From positions 1 to 64,000 of the IMG/VR virus record IMGVR_UViG_3300030294_000015: a stretch of DNA of 64,000 bases; one strand, written 5' to 3'. Position 1 is the stretch's first letter, and each line of letters begins with the position of its first letter. Shown one piece after another: positions 31,093 to 40,602 of this stretch. The stretch is from a virus. The notes beneath the pieces were generated by a model, which worked only from the letters and a program-made list of their open reading frames with translations, was not told the DNA's origin and did not search any database. The translations under genes and the position numbers were made by a program.

Positions 31093-31743
31093 ATGTTTGA
31101 ACAAAATATATTTAGTAGTTGGGAATTTAACAAAGATGAAAATAAAAAGATAATATTAGATAATTTAGATGAATTAGTGCAAATGATAAATTTGAAATTA
31201 CATAAAGAAAAAATAGAATGGTTTGATAAATATGAAATATACAATGCGATAAAATTTGCATATGATTTTATAGAAGAATATAATATAGATATAAAATCAG
31301 TTAAAAAGATAGGACATTTATACGTCCTATCTTGGTCTATGAATAGAAAACATCCTGATGTATTATTAAAAGAATATACAATGTATTATATACAAGAATT
31401 GATTATGAGTAAAATTTTTATAATCAATGACGAAATATTTTATTATAAAAACTCAATTATTGAAAATAATAAAATAATATTAAAAAATAATATATTACAA
31501 CAAATAAAAAAAGAAAATATACAAATTAATTATATTGCAGCTGAAAATGAAATAGAATATATTCTTAGATTTCTTTTTAAAACTAATATAAATACAACTC
31601 AAATTATACAAAGATTAAAAAATAAATCTATAATAAATGAATATTTAAAAGAACAAAGTGTAAATTATAAATATGATGATAAAAAGTTGGTAGAAATTAT
31701 ATTTAATTGCATAAAAGAATTATTAGAAAAAGCTGAAGAATAG
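31093..31743 (+). CDS. hypothetical protein
   Basis: AAGGAG RBS. Confidence 0.6.
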   Translation: MFEQNIFSSWEFNKDENKKIILDNLDELVQMINLKLHKEKIEWFDKYEIYNAIKFAYDFIEEYNIDIKSVKKIGHLYVLSWSMNRKHPDVLLKEYTMYYIQELIMSKIFIINDEIFYYKNSIIENNKIILKNNILQQIKKENIQINYIAAENEIEYILRFLFKTNINTTQIIQRLKNKSIINEYLKEQSVNYKYDDKKLVEIIFNCIKELLEKAEE

Positions 31744-31772
31744 ATTACATAAAGAAGGATGTGTATTAAAAT

Positions 31773-31892
31773 ATGAGTTTACCAAGTTATTGTAAATGTA
31801 GGAATTGTCCAGATAAAGGAAATTGTGATGATTGTACTACTTGTGATATTTGTATGATCCAGACAGGTTGTAGTGAATCAGATAATAAATAA
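31773..31892 (+). CDS. Small Cys-rich peptide (39 aa, 8 Cys); not in the ORF track
   Basis: MSLPSYCKCRNCPDKGNCDDCTTCDICMIQTGCSESDNK after an AGAAGGA RBS. Confidence 0.6.
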   Translation: MSLPSYCKCRNCPDKGNCDDCTTCDICMIQTGCSESDNK

Positions 31893-31910
31893 AATGAGGA
31901 GGAATAAATA

Positions 31911-32273
31911 ATGAATTATATTGGTAGAGATGAAGTTATTGATTATAGAAATAATGAGAATATAATTAATGAAATTAAAGAAAAATTAAAAGAAAATAAT
32001 TTAGATATTCCTGATATTAGTATTCCTAATTTAATAGAAGACTATGATTATTTATATACAGCAGATCATTTATATCCATATAGTATAGAAGAATTAGCAG
32101 AAGAATTTAATAAATCTATTATAAAGAATTGTGGTGTCAATATATCTAATAATTGTAAAACTATTAGTGATATAATACATGTCTCTTTTCAAACTGAATT
32201 AAAAAGACAATTAGATGAAAATAAAAGAATACTAAAAGAAACTTTATATATAAATGTAAAAGGAGAATTATAA
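31911..32273 (+). CDS. hypothetical protein
   Basis: GAGGAGG RBS. Confidence 0.6.
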   Translation: MNYIGRDEVIDYRNNENIINEIKEKLKENNLDIPDISIPNLIEDYDYLYTADHLYPYSIEELAEEFNKSIIKNCGVNISNNCKTISDIIHVSFQTELKRQLDENKRILKETLYINVKGEL

Positions 32274-32274
32274 T

Positions 32275-33873
32275 ATGGATAACAAAGAAAAATATATAGA
32301 AAATGATATATTAGACATATTAAAACAAAAAGAAATAAAAATAGGTTCATATGTTGATTTTGTTACTAAAAATAATGAATTTCATTTTAAATGTAGAATT
32401 GATAATATTACTAAAAAAGATGTATATTTCTTTGTATTAGATGGTAAAGAAATTTTAGGTAAACCAATATCTTTTCCAATTAATGATATATTAACAATAT
32501 CAGAAATAGACCAAAAGAGAAGACTACTATCTAAACAATATAAAGAATTTAGTATTGATAATGATGAAAATATAGATGAGACAGATGAAACTTATGATGT
32601 ATTATCACCAATTGAAACATTAGAATTACCAAGTTGGTTCTATAATGAATATTCAAAAAATAGAAATAATTTTATATCTACATTACTAAATCATAATAAT
32701 CAATTAGAAAAGGAGAATGATAATATACCACTAAAATCATTTAAATTAAAGTCAAATAATCCTATACTAAAAGAATTATATACAATGAAAAAGAAACCAT
32801 TAAATTCTGTACGTAATATACTTATTAAAGATTTTCATAATAATCAATTAGAAAAGGAGAATGATAATATGAATAATAAAATTATAGAATTATTAAAAGA
32901 AACTAGGAAAGAAATAAAGAAAGAAATGTTTAATTACTCTAAAGAATCTGATGGATTTAGATATTATAATAATTTAGCAGATTCATTTAAAATTTTTATA
33001 AATAGTTATTATATAGCAGAACCAATGTTATCTGGTAAACTTAATGATTTTTATAATAAGGTAAATTTGGCTGGAATAGATTTAGATGGAGATATTGTAA
33101 ATATATCTTTAAAAGATGGTAGTTATTTTAATAGAGTAGTATGTAAAGATCAAGATGAAAAATACTTACATATATTATCATCTTATTCAGAAAATCCTTT
33201 AAAGATTTTAAAAGAAGACATTACAGTTATTTCCAGTTCACACGCTTTAATAAATCCACCAGAATACAAAAAACCATATGATAACTCTAAAATAGATAAA
33301 TTTAGAAATTTCAAATCTGGTGATATAGTAGATATTATTACCAAAGAAAGAGCAATTAGTGCTGTTCAAATACTTGTAATAAATGATGATATTATTAATA
33401 TTCAATATTTATCAGCTAGAGGGACTCAATATTTAAATATAAAAAAATCTGATGTATTAAATATTGAATTTACTTATAATATAATAAAAAGAAATAATAT
33501 TAAAGAAGGAGATATAGTCGATATTGAAACAGATCATAATATATTCACTGAATATATTATACATGAAATTAAAGATAATGTATTATTAATTTACGATTCA
33601 AAGTATTTTGCGATAGAATATACTAGTGTAAATATGAATGAAATAAAAACTATTACTAAAATAGATAAAGAAACAATAATAAAAAGACGAATTAAAGATA
33701 TAAAAATTGGAGATGATGTGCATATTGAATTAAATGATAAGGTTGAATATGTAGGCACCATATCTAATATAACAGAAGAACAAATTCAAATGTATGATAC
33801 AGAGTATACTCGATGTGATGATACAATATATACTGTTTTAATCAATGATATAGAATATATTGCTAAATTGTAA
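32275..33873 (+). CDS. hypothetical protein with several repeated small beta-barrel (GDxVDI) domains
   Basis: IGSYVDF, SGDIVDI, EGDIVDI and IGDDVHI units; internal 36-bp direct repeat. Confidence 0.65.
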   Translation: MDNKEKYIENDILDILKQKEIKIGSYVDFVTKNNEFHFKCRIDNITKKDVYFFVLDGKEILGKPISFPINDILTISEIDQKRRLLSKQYKEFSIDNDENIDETDETYDVLSPIETLELPSWFYNEYSKNRNNFISTLLNHNNQLEKENDNIPLKSFKLKSNNPILKELYTMKKKPLNSVRNILIKDFHNNQLEKENDNMNNKIIELLKETRKEIKKEMFNYSKESDGFRYYNNLADSFKIFINSYYIAEPMLSGKLNDFYNKVNLAGIDLDGDIVNISLKDGSYFNRVVCKDQDEKYLHILSSYSENPLKILKEDITVISSSHALINPPEYKKPYDNSKIDKFRNFKSGDIVDIITKERAISAVQILVINDDIINIQYLSARGTQYLNIKKSDVLNIEFTYNIIKRNNIKEGDIVDIETDHNIFTEYIIHEIKDNVLLIYDSKYFAIEYTSVNMNEIKTITKIDKETIIKRRIKDIKIGDDVHIELNDKVEYVGTISNITEEQIQMYDTEYTRCDDTIYTVLINDIEYIAKL

Positions 33874-33954
33874 TACTATTTATATATTTTAAAAGGCTGT
33901 TAATCAGCCTTTTTATTTTTTATCAATTTACATTGTCTAAAACTTATAATTGAG

Positions 33955-35571
33955 GTGATATTATTGATAAAAATTATAGTAGACCATACAAAGATTATTA
34001 TAAATGATTATGATTTAGGAGATTGTGAACCTTTAGAATATTTTTTTAGTATATATAATCCCATTACACATATAAGGTTTCCATTTGGTCTTCATTATAT
34101 AGAAGAAAGGAGACAACTAATTATTCCTAGAGGTGTAGATATTTCTTATATAAGAAATTTATTTAAATCAGTTCCACAATTAAATAGAAAACATGACCCT
34201 ATGGACAAAATAGAACCAATCGGACTAACCAATCCACCTAGAGATAATACGCAAAGAACAGCATTACGATTTATGTTAGGAAAAGATGAATTTTATTATA
34301 CTTCTTCTAAATCTATGCTCAGTCTTAATTTATTACCAGGAAAAGGTAAGACTTATTGTGCTATTGCAACCACAGCTTTTATTAGATATAGAAGTATCAT
34401 GCTTACTTCTTCTTTAAAATGGATTAATCAATGGAAAGATGCTATATTAGAACATAGTGATATAAAACCTAAAGAGATATTTATCATCTCTGGAACTCCA
34501 TCTATTCATATGCTATTAAATAGAGGTGTTAATAATTACAAATTTATATTAGCTTCTATTGATACTATCATATCTTATGGTGAAAAATATGGATTTGATA
34601 AAGTATCAGAATTATTTATTAAATTAAGAGTAGGAATAAAATATGTAGATGAAGCTCATTTAGATTTTAAAGCTATAATGATGATAGATTTTTATACAAA
34701 TACATATAAATCTTATTATATGACTGGTACTCCTATTAGATCAAATGAAGATGAAGATAAGATATATAAAATGTATTTTAAGAATGTACCTTCTATAAAT
34801 CTATTTGATGAAAATAAAGATCCACATACAGATTATTTAGCATTAAGATATAATTCACATCCTAATCCACAAGATATATCTTATTGTAGAAATAAATATG
34901 GATTAGATAGAAATAAATATACTGGGAGTTATATTATAAGACGTCCTAATTTTTATAATATACTTAGAGTTATATTACATAAAACTCTTGCTAAAAAAGG
35001 AAAGATATTAATATATATTGGAGTTAATAAATCTATAGATAAAGTAAAAGAATGGATTGAATTATACTATCCATTTTTAAAAGGTCATATAGGAGTTTAT
35101 AATAGTGTAAATAAGGAAGATAAAAGTGAACAATTAAAAAAGAAATACATTTTATCTACTACTAAGTCATGTGGTGCTGCTATGGATATAAAAGGGTTAG
35201 CATGTTCAGTTATACTCGCTGAACCATTCAAATCGGAACCTCTAGCAATACAAACTTTAGGTAGAACAAGAGATGACAATACTATGTGTATAGAGGCTGT
35301 GGACGAAGGATTTAAAGCTATTATGAAATTCTATTACTATAAACAACCAATAATGAAGAGGTATGCTAAATCAATAGATGAAGAAAGATATAATGATTAT
35401 AGTCTAGAAAAACAAGTAGAAGAAATATTTGATATGTATTATGGTGATGGTGATTTTCCAGAAATATATCTAGAGAATAATTTAAGATTATTTATGATGA
35501 GACAAGAATGTAGACCTTTAAACGAATATGATTCTAAAGGAAGAAAAATAATTATGAGAAGGGATGGATAA
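33955..35571 (+). CDS. SF2 DNA helicase (DEAH, UvsW-like)
   Basis: PGKGKT, YVDEAH, MTGTP, GAAMDI and QTLGRTR. Confidence 0.9.
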   Translation: MILLIKIIVDHTKIIINDYDLGDCEPLEYFFSIYNPITHIRFPFGLHYIEERRQLIIPRGVDISYIRNLFKSVPQLNRKHDPMDKIEPIGLTNPPRDNTQRTALRFMLGKDEFYYTSSKSMLSLNLLPGKGKTYCAIATTAFIRYRSIMLTSSLKWINQWKDAILEHSDIKPKEIFIISGTPSIHMLLNRGVNNYKFILASIDTIISYGEKYGFDKVSELFIKLRVGIKYVDEAHLDFKAIMMIDFYTNTYKSYYMTGTPIRSNEDEDKIYKMYFKNVPSINLFDENKDPHTDYLALRYNSHPNPQDISYCRNKYGLDRNKYTGSYIIRRPNFYNILRVILHKTLAKKGKILIYIGVNKSIDKVKEWIELYYPFLKGHIGVYNSVNKEDKSEQLKKKYILSTTKSCGAAMDIKGLACSVILAEPFKSEPLAIQTLGRTRDDNTMCIEAVDEGFKAIMKFYYYKQPIMKRYAKSIDEERYNDYSLEKQVEEIFDMYYGDGDFPEIYLENNLRLFMMRQECRPLNEYDSKGRKIIMRRDG

Positions 35572-35574
35572 AAT

Positions 35575-35907
35575 ATGGTAGATAAAAAAGAAATAACAGA
35601 TATTATGAATAATCCAGTGGCACGATATATAGTAGAAAATAGTGATAAAATAAAAAAGACACATAGTATTATAGATAATAAATTAAAAGAAGTTATTTCT
35701 AATAATATTATCAAAATAGGAAAATTAAAAAATTCACAAAAGTATCATGGAGATTGGGAACCAATAACATTAAAAGGTATATCAGAGAATAGAGAAGTTG
35801 ATATTATTAAAGAAGAAAATGATCCTATATATGGAAAAAGATATAAAATATTAGGATTTGATGAATGGATCGAAAATAATTGTTTTGAATATATAAAAGA
35901 AAAATAA
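35575..35907 (+). CDS. hypothetical protein
   Basis: 110-aa ORF in the same operon. Confidence 0.55.
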   Translation: MVDKKEITDIMNNPVARYIVENSDKIKKTHSIIDNKLKEVISNNIIKIGKLKNSQKYHGDWEPITLKGISENREVDIIKEENDPIYGKRYKILGFDEWIENNCFEYIKEK

Positions 35908-35927
35908 TTATGAGGAGGGATAAATAA

Positions 35928-36044
35928 ATGCTAGGTCATATATTAGATTATTCAATTGGAATTTTATGTATTATATTTGCAATTGCAATAATTATAACAC
36001 CATTGTCAAAAGAAAAAGAAGAAGAGATTGAAAATGACGAATAA
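35928..36044 (+). CDS. Small single-pass membrane peptide (38 aa); not in the ORF track
   Basis: GAGGAGG RBS; MLGHILDYSIGILCIIFAIAIIITPLSKEKEEEIENDE. Confidence 0.6.
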   Translation: MLGHILDYSIGILCIIFAIAIIITPLSKEKEEEIENDE

Positions 36045-36156
36045 ATAGAAGGAGAATATTCTCCTTCTATATTTTACGTAAAAGTCTATAATTATAATTG
36101 TATATTATAGAAGTGAATAATATAATAAAATATTTAATTTAAAGGAGTGTATTAAA

Positions 36157-37557
36157 ATGGATATATTAATGAATGAAAAGGAATTAGTAAATATCAAAGA
36201 ACAATTCTCATTTGACAAAATGGAAAGAGGTGTAAAGGGTTTATATGGTGCTGAGTACTATAATAAAGAAATGAAAGAATTTGAAAGTTTATTAAATTTT
36301 AAATTACTTGAATTAAATGAATTCAAAAAGATATCTATCAATGTAGAAGCAATCAAAGAAGGATTCAAAATTATTATGAAATCTAAATATCATAATAGAA
36401 TGAATATCGGATATCAAATTATACTTGCAAATAATATGGAAAGATTATTTGTAGATTACTTAAAATGGTTAGAGGGTTTAAAGAAATCAGATAAATTCTA
36501 TGATACTTATATTTCAGACTTAAATAAATTTATGAATTCTAGACCAGAGGATAAAAAGAAAGTTGAAGAATATTTAGATTTGTCTAAATCTGAAAAGAAA
36601 GAAGAATCTAAAGTAATTCAATTACCTGCGTCTAAAGAGAAAGAAGTAGAAATTGTAAAAGGTAAAAAAGAAGCCAAAATGGAAAACAATGTTATAGATA
36701 TTTCTCAATCAGAAGTAAAACCAGTAGAGCAAGAAGTTAGTAAAGACAATAAAGAAAACAATTTAAATAAAGAACAAGTTGTAAATGTCTTTAAGGATAT
36801 CAAATCAGATTTTGAAGATGTAATGAGTTCTGTACAAGAAAAATTCAATAAGCTAAAACTAAAACAATGGCAATTAGTTGCCATTACTGGAAATGTATAT
36901 AAAGCTATCGCAAATACAAATTCGTCAATATATAAATATGTATCACAATTATTAGATTTAACATTTGTAGGTATAGAAGATAAAAAGGATTTAATTTATG
37001 ATTCTTTATTAGCATTAGTAAATGAAGATTTATTACTTGCAGATTTTATTACAGGCATTGAAACTCAATTATCTAAGAAAGAATACTTAGTAATATCTGG
37101 AAATATTATAAGGAATTTTGGAAAGTTGAAAACTGTAATATCAAATATGATTCCAGATATATTAGTAGATGCATTAGATGGTGTTGTTGAAAATGATCAA
37201 AAAATTAATATTATGGAAATGATACAAGAATTATCAGGTTTAAATTTACTTGATATAAATAAATTCTGTGATATTGTAAAAACAGAAATACAAAAATCAT
37301 CTGATACTCCAGAAGAAGATTTAAAAGAACTTCAAATAATAGTTGAAGGTGATAAAAAAGAAGCTGCTATGTCTATGAATCCAGTACAACAACCACAAGA
37401 ATTAAATGTTAATAGAAATATGGTTTCACAACAAATGACTTTTCCAGTAATTGGGGAACCTAGTGATTTACATGATTATGAAGGTAATGAAGGTGGGTTT
37501 GTTGTTGGAGGACGATTACCAAAAGTAATAGAACTATCAGAAGAAAAAGACAAATAG
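36157..37557 (+). CDS. hypothetical early protein
   Basis: Early promoter at 36096-36108, AAGGAG RBS and its own terminator. Confidence 0.7.
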   Translation: MDILMNEKELVNIKEQFSFDKMERGVKGLYGAEYYNKEMKEFESLLNFKLLELNEFKKISINVEAIKEGFKIIMKSKYHNRMNIGYQIILANNMERLFVDYLKWLEGLKKSDKFYDTYISDLNKFMNSRPEDKKKVEEYLDLSKSEKKEESKVIQLPASKEKEVEIVKGKKEAKMENNVIDISQSEVKPVEQEVSKDNKENNLNKEQVVNVFKDIKSDFEDVMSSVQEKFNKLKLKQWQLVAITGNVYKAIANTNSSIYKYVSQLLDLTFVGIEDKKDLIYDSLLALVNEDLLLADFITGIETQLSKKEYLVISGNIIRNFGKLKTVISNMIPDILVDALDGVVENDQKINIMEMIQELSGLNLLDINKFCDIVKTEIQKSSDTPEEDLKELQIIVEGDKKEAAMSMNPVQQPQELNVNRNMVSQQMTFPVIGEPSDLHDYEGNEGGFVVGGRLPKVIELSEEKDK

Positions 37558-37650
37558 TAATTATAAAATAAGGGAGGAGCTTAAAGTTCTCCTTTATTTT
37601 TTATTTTTTACTCTCTAATCAACCTAAATGTAAGAGAGGGGATAGTTTAG

Positions 37651-38391
37651 ATGGAGTATATGGATTATGAAAAATTATCTGACGTAATTATGAATATTAG
37701 TTATAATACAGTTTTAAAAATGAATGTAGTATTGGGGAGAAAAGATAAGAATAGTAGAAGAATTCATTTTTATAAAGAATTTTCATATAATAGTAGTAAG
37801 TATGTAAATGCTAATGAATTATATAATATAAATAGAAATTTTGATTATTATCTTTCAATAGAGAAATTTGAAAATGGTAAAGATTTCTTAATGATAAGAA
37901 ATGAAAATATAATGGAATTACGATTATTTTTAAATAAAGTTGTAATAAATTGGTTAATAGATGATAATATATTTGATTATAGAAATGATAAGTTAGTTCT
38001 ATTACAAGGAGGATATAAACCTGTAGAATATACATTATATGCTGATAAAAAGATAATATTTTTACCTACAGTAATACATAATATAGATGGTACATATGGT
38101 AAAGGAATAAGAATATTATTAAATTCTGATTATAGTTTTGTAGATATGAATGCTTCTAAATTTTATGGTTTCTTATATAATATGAATTCAATTAATTTAT
38201 TTCAATGTGCTCAAAATATGTTAAACTTTTTACAAAGACCAGAATTTGGAACTAATCATACTGCATTTAATTATAAAAGTGAGTTTGATTCTGTCGTTGA
38301 TGATATATCTGGTGGAGGGGATTCTATTAAAGGTGGAAGTTCAGTTGTAATGAAAAGAAAAAATGTATTTGATGAAATAGATAATATTTAA
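37651..38391 (+). CDS. hypothetical protein
   Basis: GAGGGG RBS; late-like promoter at 37621. Confidence 0.65.
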   Translation: MEYMDYEKLSDVIMNISYNTVLKMNVVLGRKDKNSRRIHFYKEFSYNSSKYVNANELYNINRNFDYYLSIEKFENGKDFLMIRNENIMELRLFLNKVVINWLIDDNIFDYRNDKLVLLQGGYKPVEYTLYADKKIIFLPTVIHNIDGTYGKGIRILLNSDYSFVDMNASKFYGFLYNMNSINLFQCAQNMLNFLQRPEFGTNHTAFNYKSEFDSVVDDISGGGDSIKGGSSVVMKRKNVFDEIDNI

Positions 38392-38447
38392 TTTATAAAT
38401 GAACTTATATGTAAATAATTACCAATAATGAAGGGAGAGTAAATATT

Positions 38448-38783
38448 ATGAAAAAAGAAACAATAACTACACCAAAGTTCACAAAGAAAAATTGTGAACT
38501 CTTTCTATCTGGGTTAAAAATGGAAAAATTTGCTATTAGTTTAATAGTAGAAGCAATGGAGATATGTATTAAACATAAAACAAATCATGTAGATTTGGTT
38601 ATGAAAAAAGTATATTCTGAATTAACTGAAAAACATCATACATTAAAAAGAGAATTAGAATGGGATTTGTATAAAACAATTAAATCTATTGATAAAGATT
38701 TAGTGAAAGAAAAATTAGGATATAATGATCATATTACAAATAAAAAATTCTTTATATTACTTTTAGAAAGATACGGATATTAA
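38448..38783 (+). CDS. Spo0A C-terminal DNA-binding-domain-like protein (no receiver domain)
   Basis: IVEAMEI..MKKVYSELTEKHHT...LE.DL...I..LGY...TNKKF parallels Spo0A LREAISM..TKVLYPDIAKKFNT...VERAIRHAI..FGY...TNSEF. Confidence 0.65.
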   Translation: MKKETITTPKFTKKNCELFLSGLKMEKFAISLIVEAMEICIKHKTNHVDLVMKKVYSELTEKHHTLKRELEWDLYKTIKSIDKDLVKEKLGYNDHITNKKFFILLLERYGY

Positions 38784-38825
38784 AAATAGATACAAGGTGT
38801 ATATACACCTTGTATATTTTATGTT

Positions 38826-39620
38826 CTAATTCAATGTATACATGATGGGCTGATTATAATTATCAGCCCCAACAAATGAATCATTGAATAATTGTATTAT
38901 TTCCTCTCTTTTTTGGGCTTTAGTTTGAAGATCATCTAATCTTAAATTTGTATTAGTAAATATAGTTTCTAATTGATCATAATACTTCAAATTTTCATAT
39001 AAGAAAGTTGCTATATCTGCTTGAGCGAATTGTTCAAAATTTTCCATTTTAGTTGGTTCTATAGTTCCTAAATTATCGCTATGTTTAATTAACAAATTTA
39101 CTTTAAAGTATTTTATATTAGTTTTACTCAAAAATTCTCCAGTAACACTTGTTAATTTTAATTTATTAGGAGTTTTAAAATCTATATAAATTCCATTACT
39201 AAATAATGATTGTCTATCTGCTGCTCCTTGAATTGCTGCAACTTGATCGAAAGAATAATTCATATTCATATTAAAAAATCCAAATGGAGATGTAGCAACA
39301 TCATACCATCCTGGATTATCCATTCCAAATGCAGTTGGATCATCCCATGGGATATCTTGTACACCTAATACTTCTATATTACCAGGAATAGTTTTCTCAT
39401 CTATAATATAATATCCTTGACTATCAGTACTCATCTTAGAAGTATCAAATGTATAAGGTATTATATTTGGAAAGTAAATAGAGAAAGTTTTCAATGTATA
39501 AGTAGATATCCATTCACCCCATTTATCTTTACAAATATCAGTTGGTAAATTTAAAGGTTTAGTACCTAATCTTAATTCTATAAGATTAACAAGTTTACTC
39601 ATACTATTAGATAATGCCAT
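38826..39620 (-). CDS. hypothetical protein, probably virion structural (head completion/neck)
   Basis: Co-transcribed with the prohead protease. Confidence 0.5.
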   Translation of the reverse strand: MALSNSMSKLVNLIELRLGTKPLNLPTDICKDKWGEWISTYTLKTFSIYFPNIIPYTFDTSKMSTDSQGYYIIDEKTIPGNIEVLGVQDIPWDDPTAFGMDNPGWYDVATSPFGFFNMNMNYSFDQVAAIQGAADRQSLFSNGIYIDFKTPNKLKLTSVTGEFLSKTNIKYFKVNLLIKHSDNLGTIEPTKMENFEQFAQADIATFLYENLKYYDQLETIFTNTNLRLDDLQTKAQKREEIIQLFNDSFVGADNYNQPIMYTLN

Positions 39621-39641
39621 ATTAATACACTCCTTTATTTT

Positions 39642-40502
39642 TTATGAATTTAGATATTGTTTTTCACAATAATCCATTATATCATTTTGAATATGATCTT
39701 CTAAATTTACAATAAATGTATCTCCATCTTTACTACAAATTTGTACTTGTCTACCATTTTCTTTCAATTGAATAGTATTATGCATTAAATCAAATGATTC
39801 TTTAAAGAAATATAGATTAGAAGATTCTTGTTTAATATAATCTATTAGATCGTTATTTGTAATTGGTATTAATAATCCAGCATCATTTTCTTGTACTATA
39901 AATTGATTACCTACATTTTCTTTACCATGTGCTATAGTAGCATTTTCTGTTACTCCTATGACCTTTTGTACATATGCTCTTTTATGTGAAGGGTAAATAA
40001 CTCTATCCCAAGTTATAATAGTAATATTCTCAACTTCTGCTCCTTTTGAAGTTTGGTTAACTGTACCTAATGCTCTCAATGAGAATGAAGGCTTATCACC
40101 ATCTCTCAAATCTAAATCAAATGCTTCTCCATAAGCAGTATTAGATCCTCTTACTTGTGCTTTTATATCATTTCCTTCTGTATAGAACTTTACGATTTTT
40201 TGACAACGTAATGATGGTTCTATAATTTGTTGTCTTGTAATTTCTTTTGATAGAGGATGTCCTTCTTCACCAAATAAATTACCTGTACTACATAACTCAA
40301 TTAATCTATCTGCCTTTAAAGCAGGATTCATTTCTTTAGAAGCATAAAATCTTTTATTTCTATTTAAAACATTCATATCTTGTAAAATAACTTCTGCTGT
40401 AACTCTTCTTCCGTTATCAGATATAATTTTTGTATCAGCTTCATGTTGTACTGTAGCTGTTTCTATTATAACATATCCGATTCTTTTATCATAATTTGTC
40501 AT
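39642..40502 (-). CDS. Prohead core protease (T4 gp21-like)
   Basis: NRNKRFY, GEEGHP, PSFSLRALG and TWDRVIYPSH. Confidence 0.88.
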   Translation of the reverse strand: MTNYDKRIGYVIIETATVQHEADTKIISDNGRRVTAEVILQDMNVLNRNKRFYASKEMNPALKADRLIELCSTGNLFGEEGHPLSKEITRQQIIEPSLRCQKIVKFYTEGNDIKAQVRGSNTAYGEAFDLDLRDGDKPSFSLRALGTVNQTSKGAEVENITIITWDRVIYPSHKRAYVQKVIGVTENATIAHGKENVGNQFIVQENDAGLLIPITNNDLIDYIKQESSNLYFFKESFDLMHNTIQLKENGRQVQICSKDGDTFIVNLEDHIQNDIMDYCEKQYLNS

Positions 40503-40602
40503 ATATTGTTCCTCCTTAATATATTAATTAATTTAAAGTTCATTCTATAAATCCATTAGGAATGATAGGGTTAACTTTAAATTAATTGAAAATTGAAAGG
40601 AG

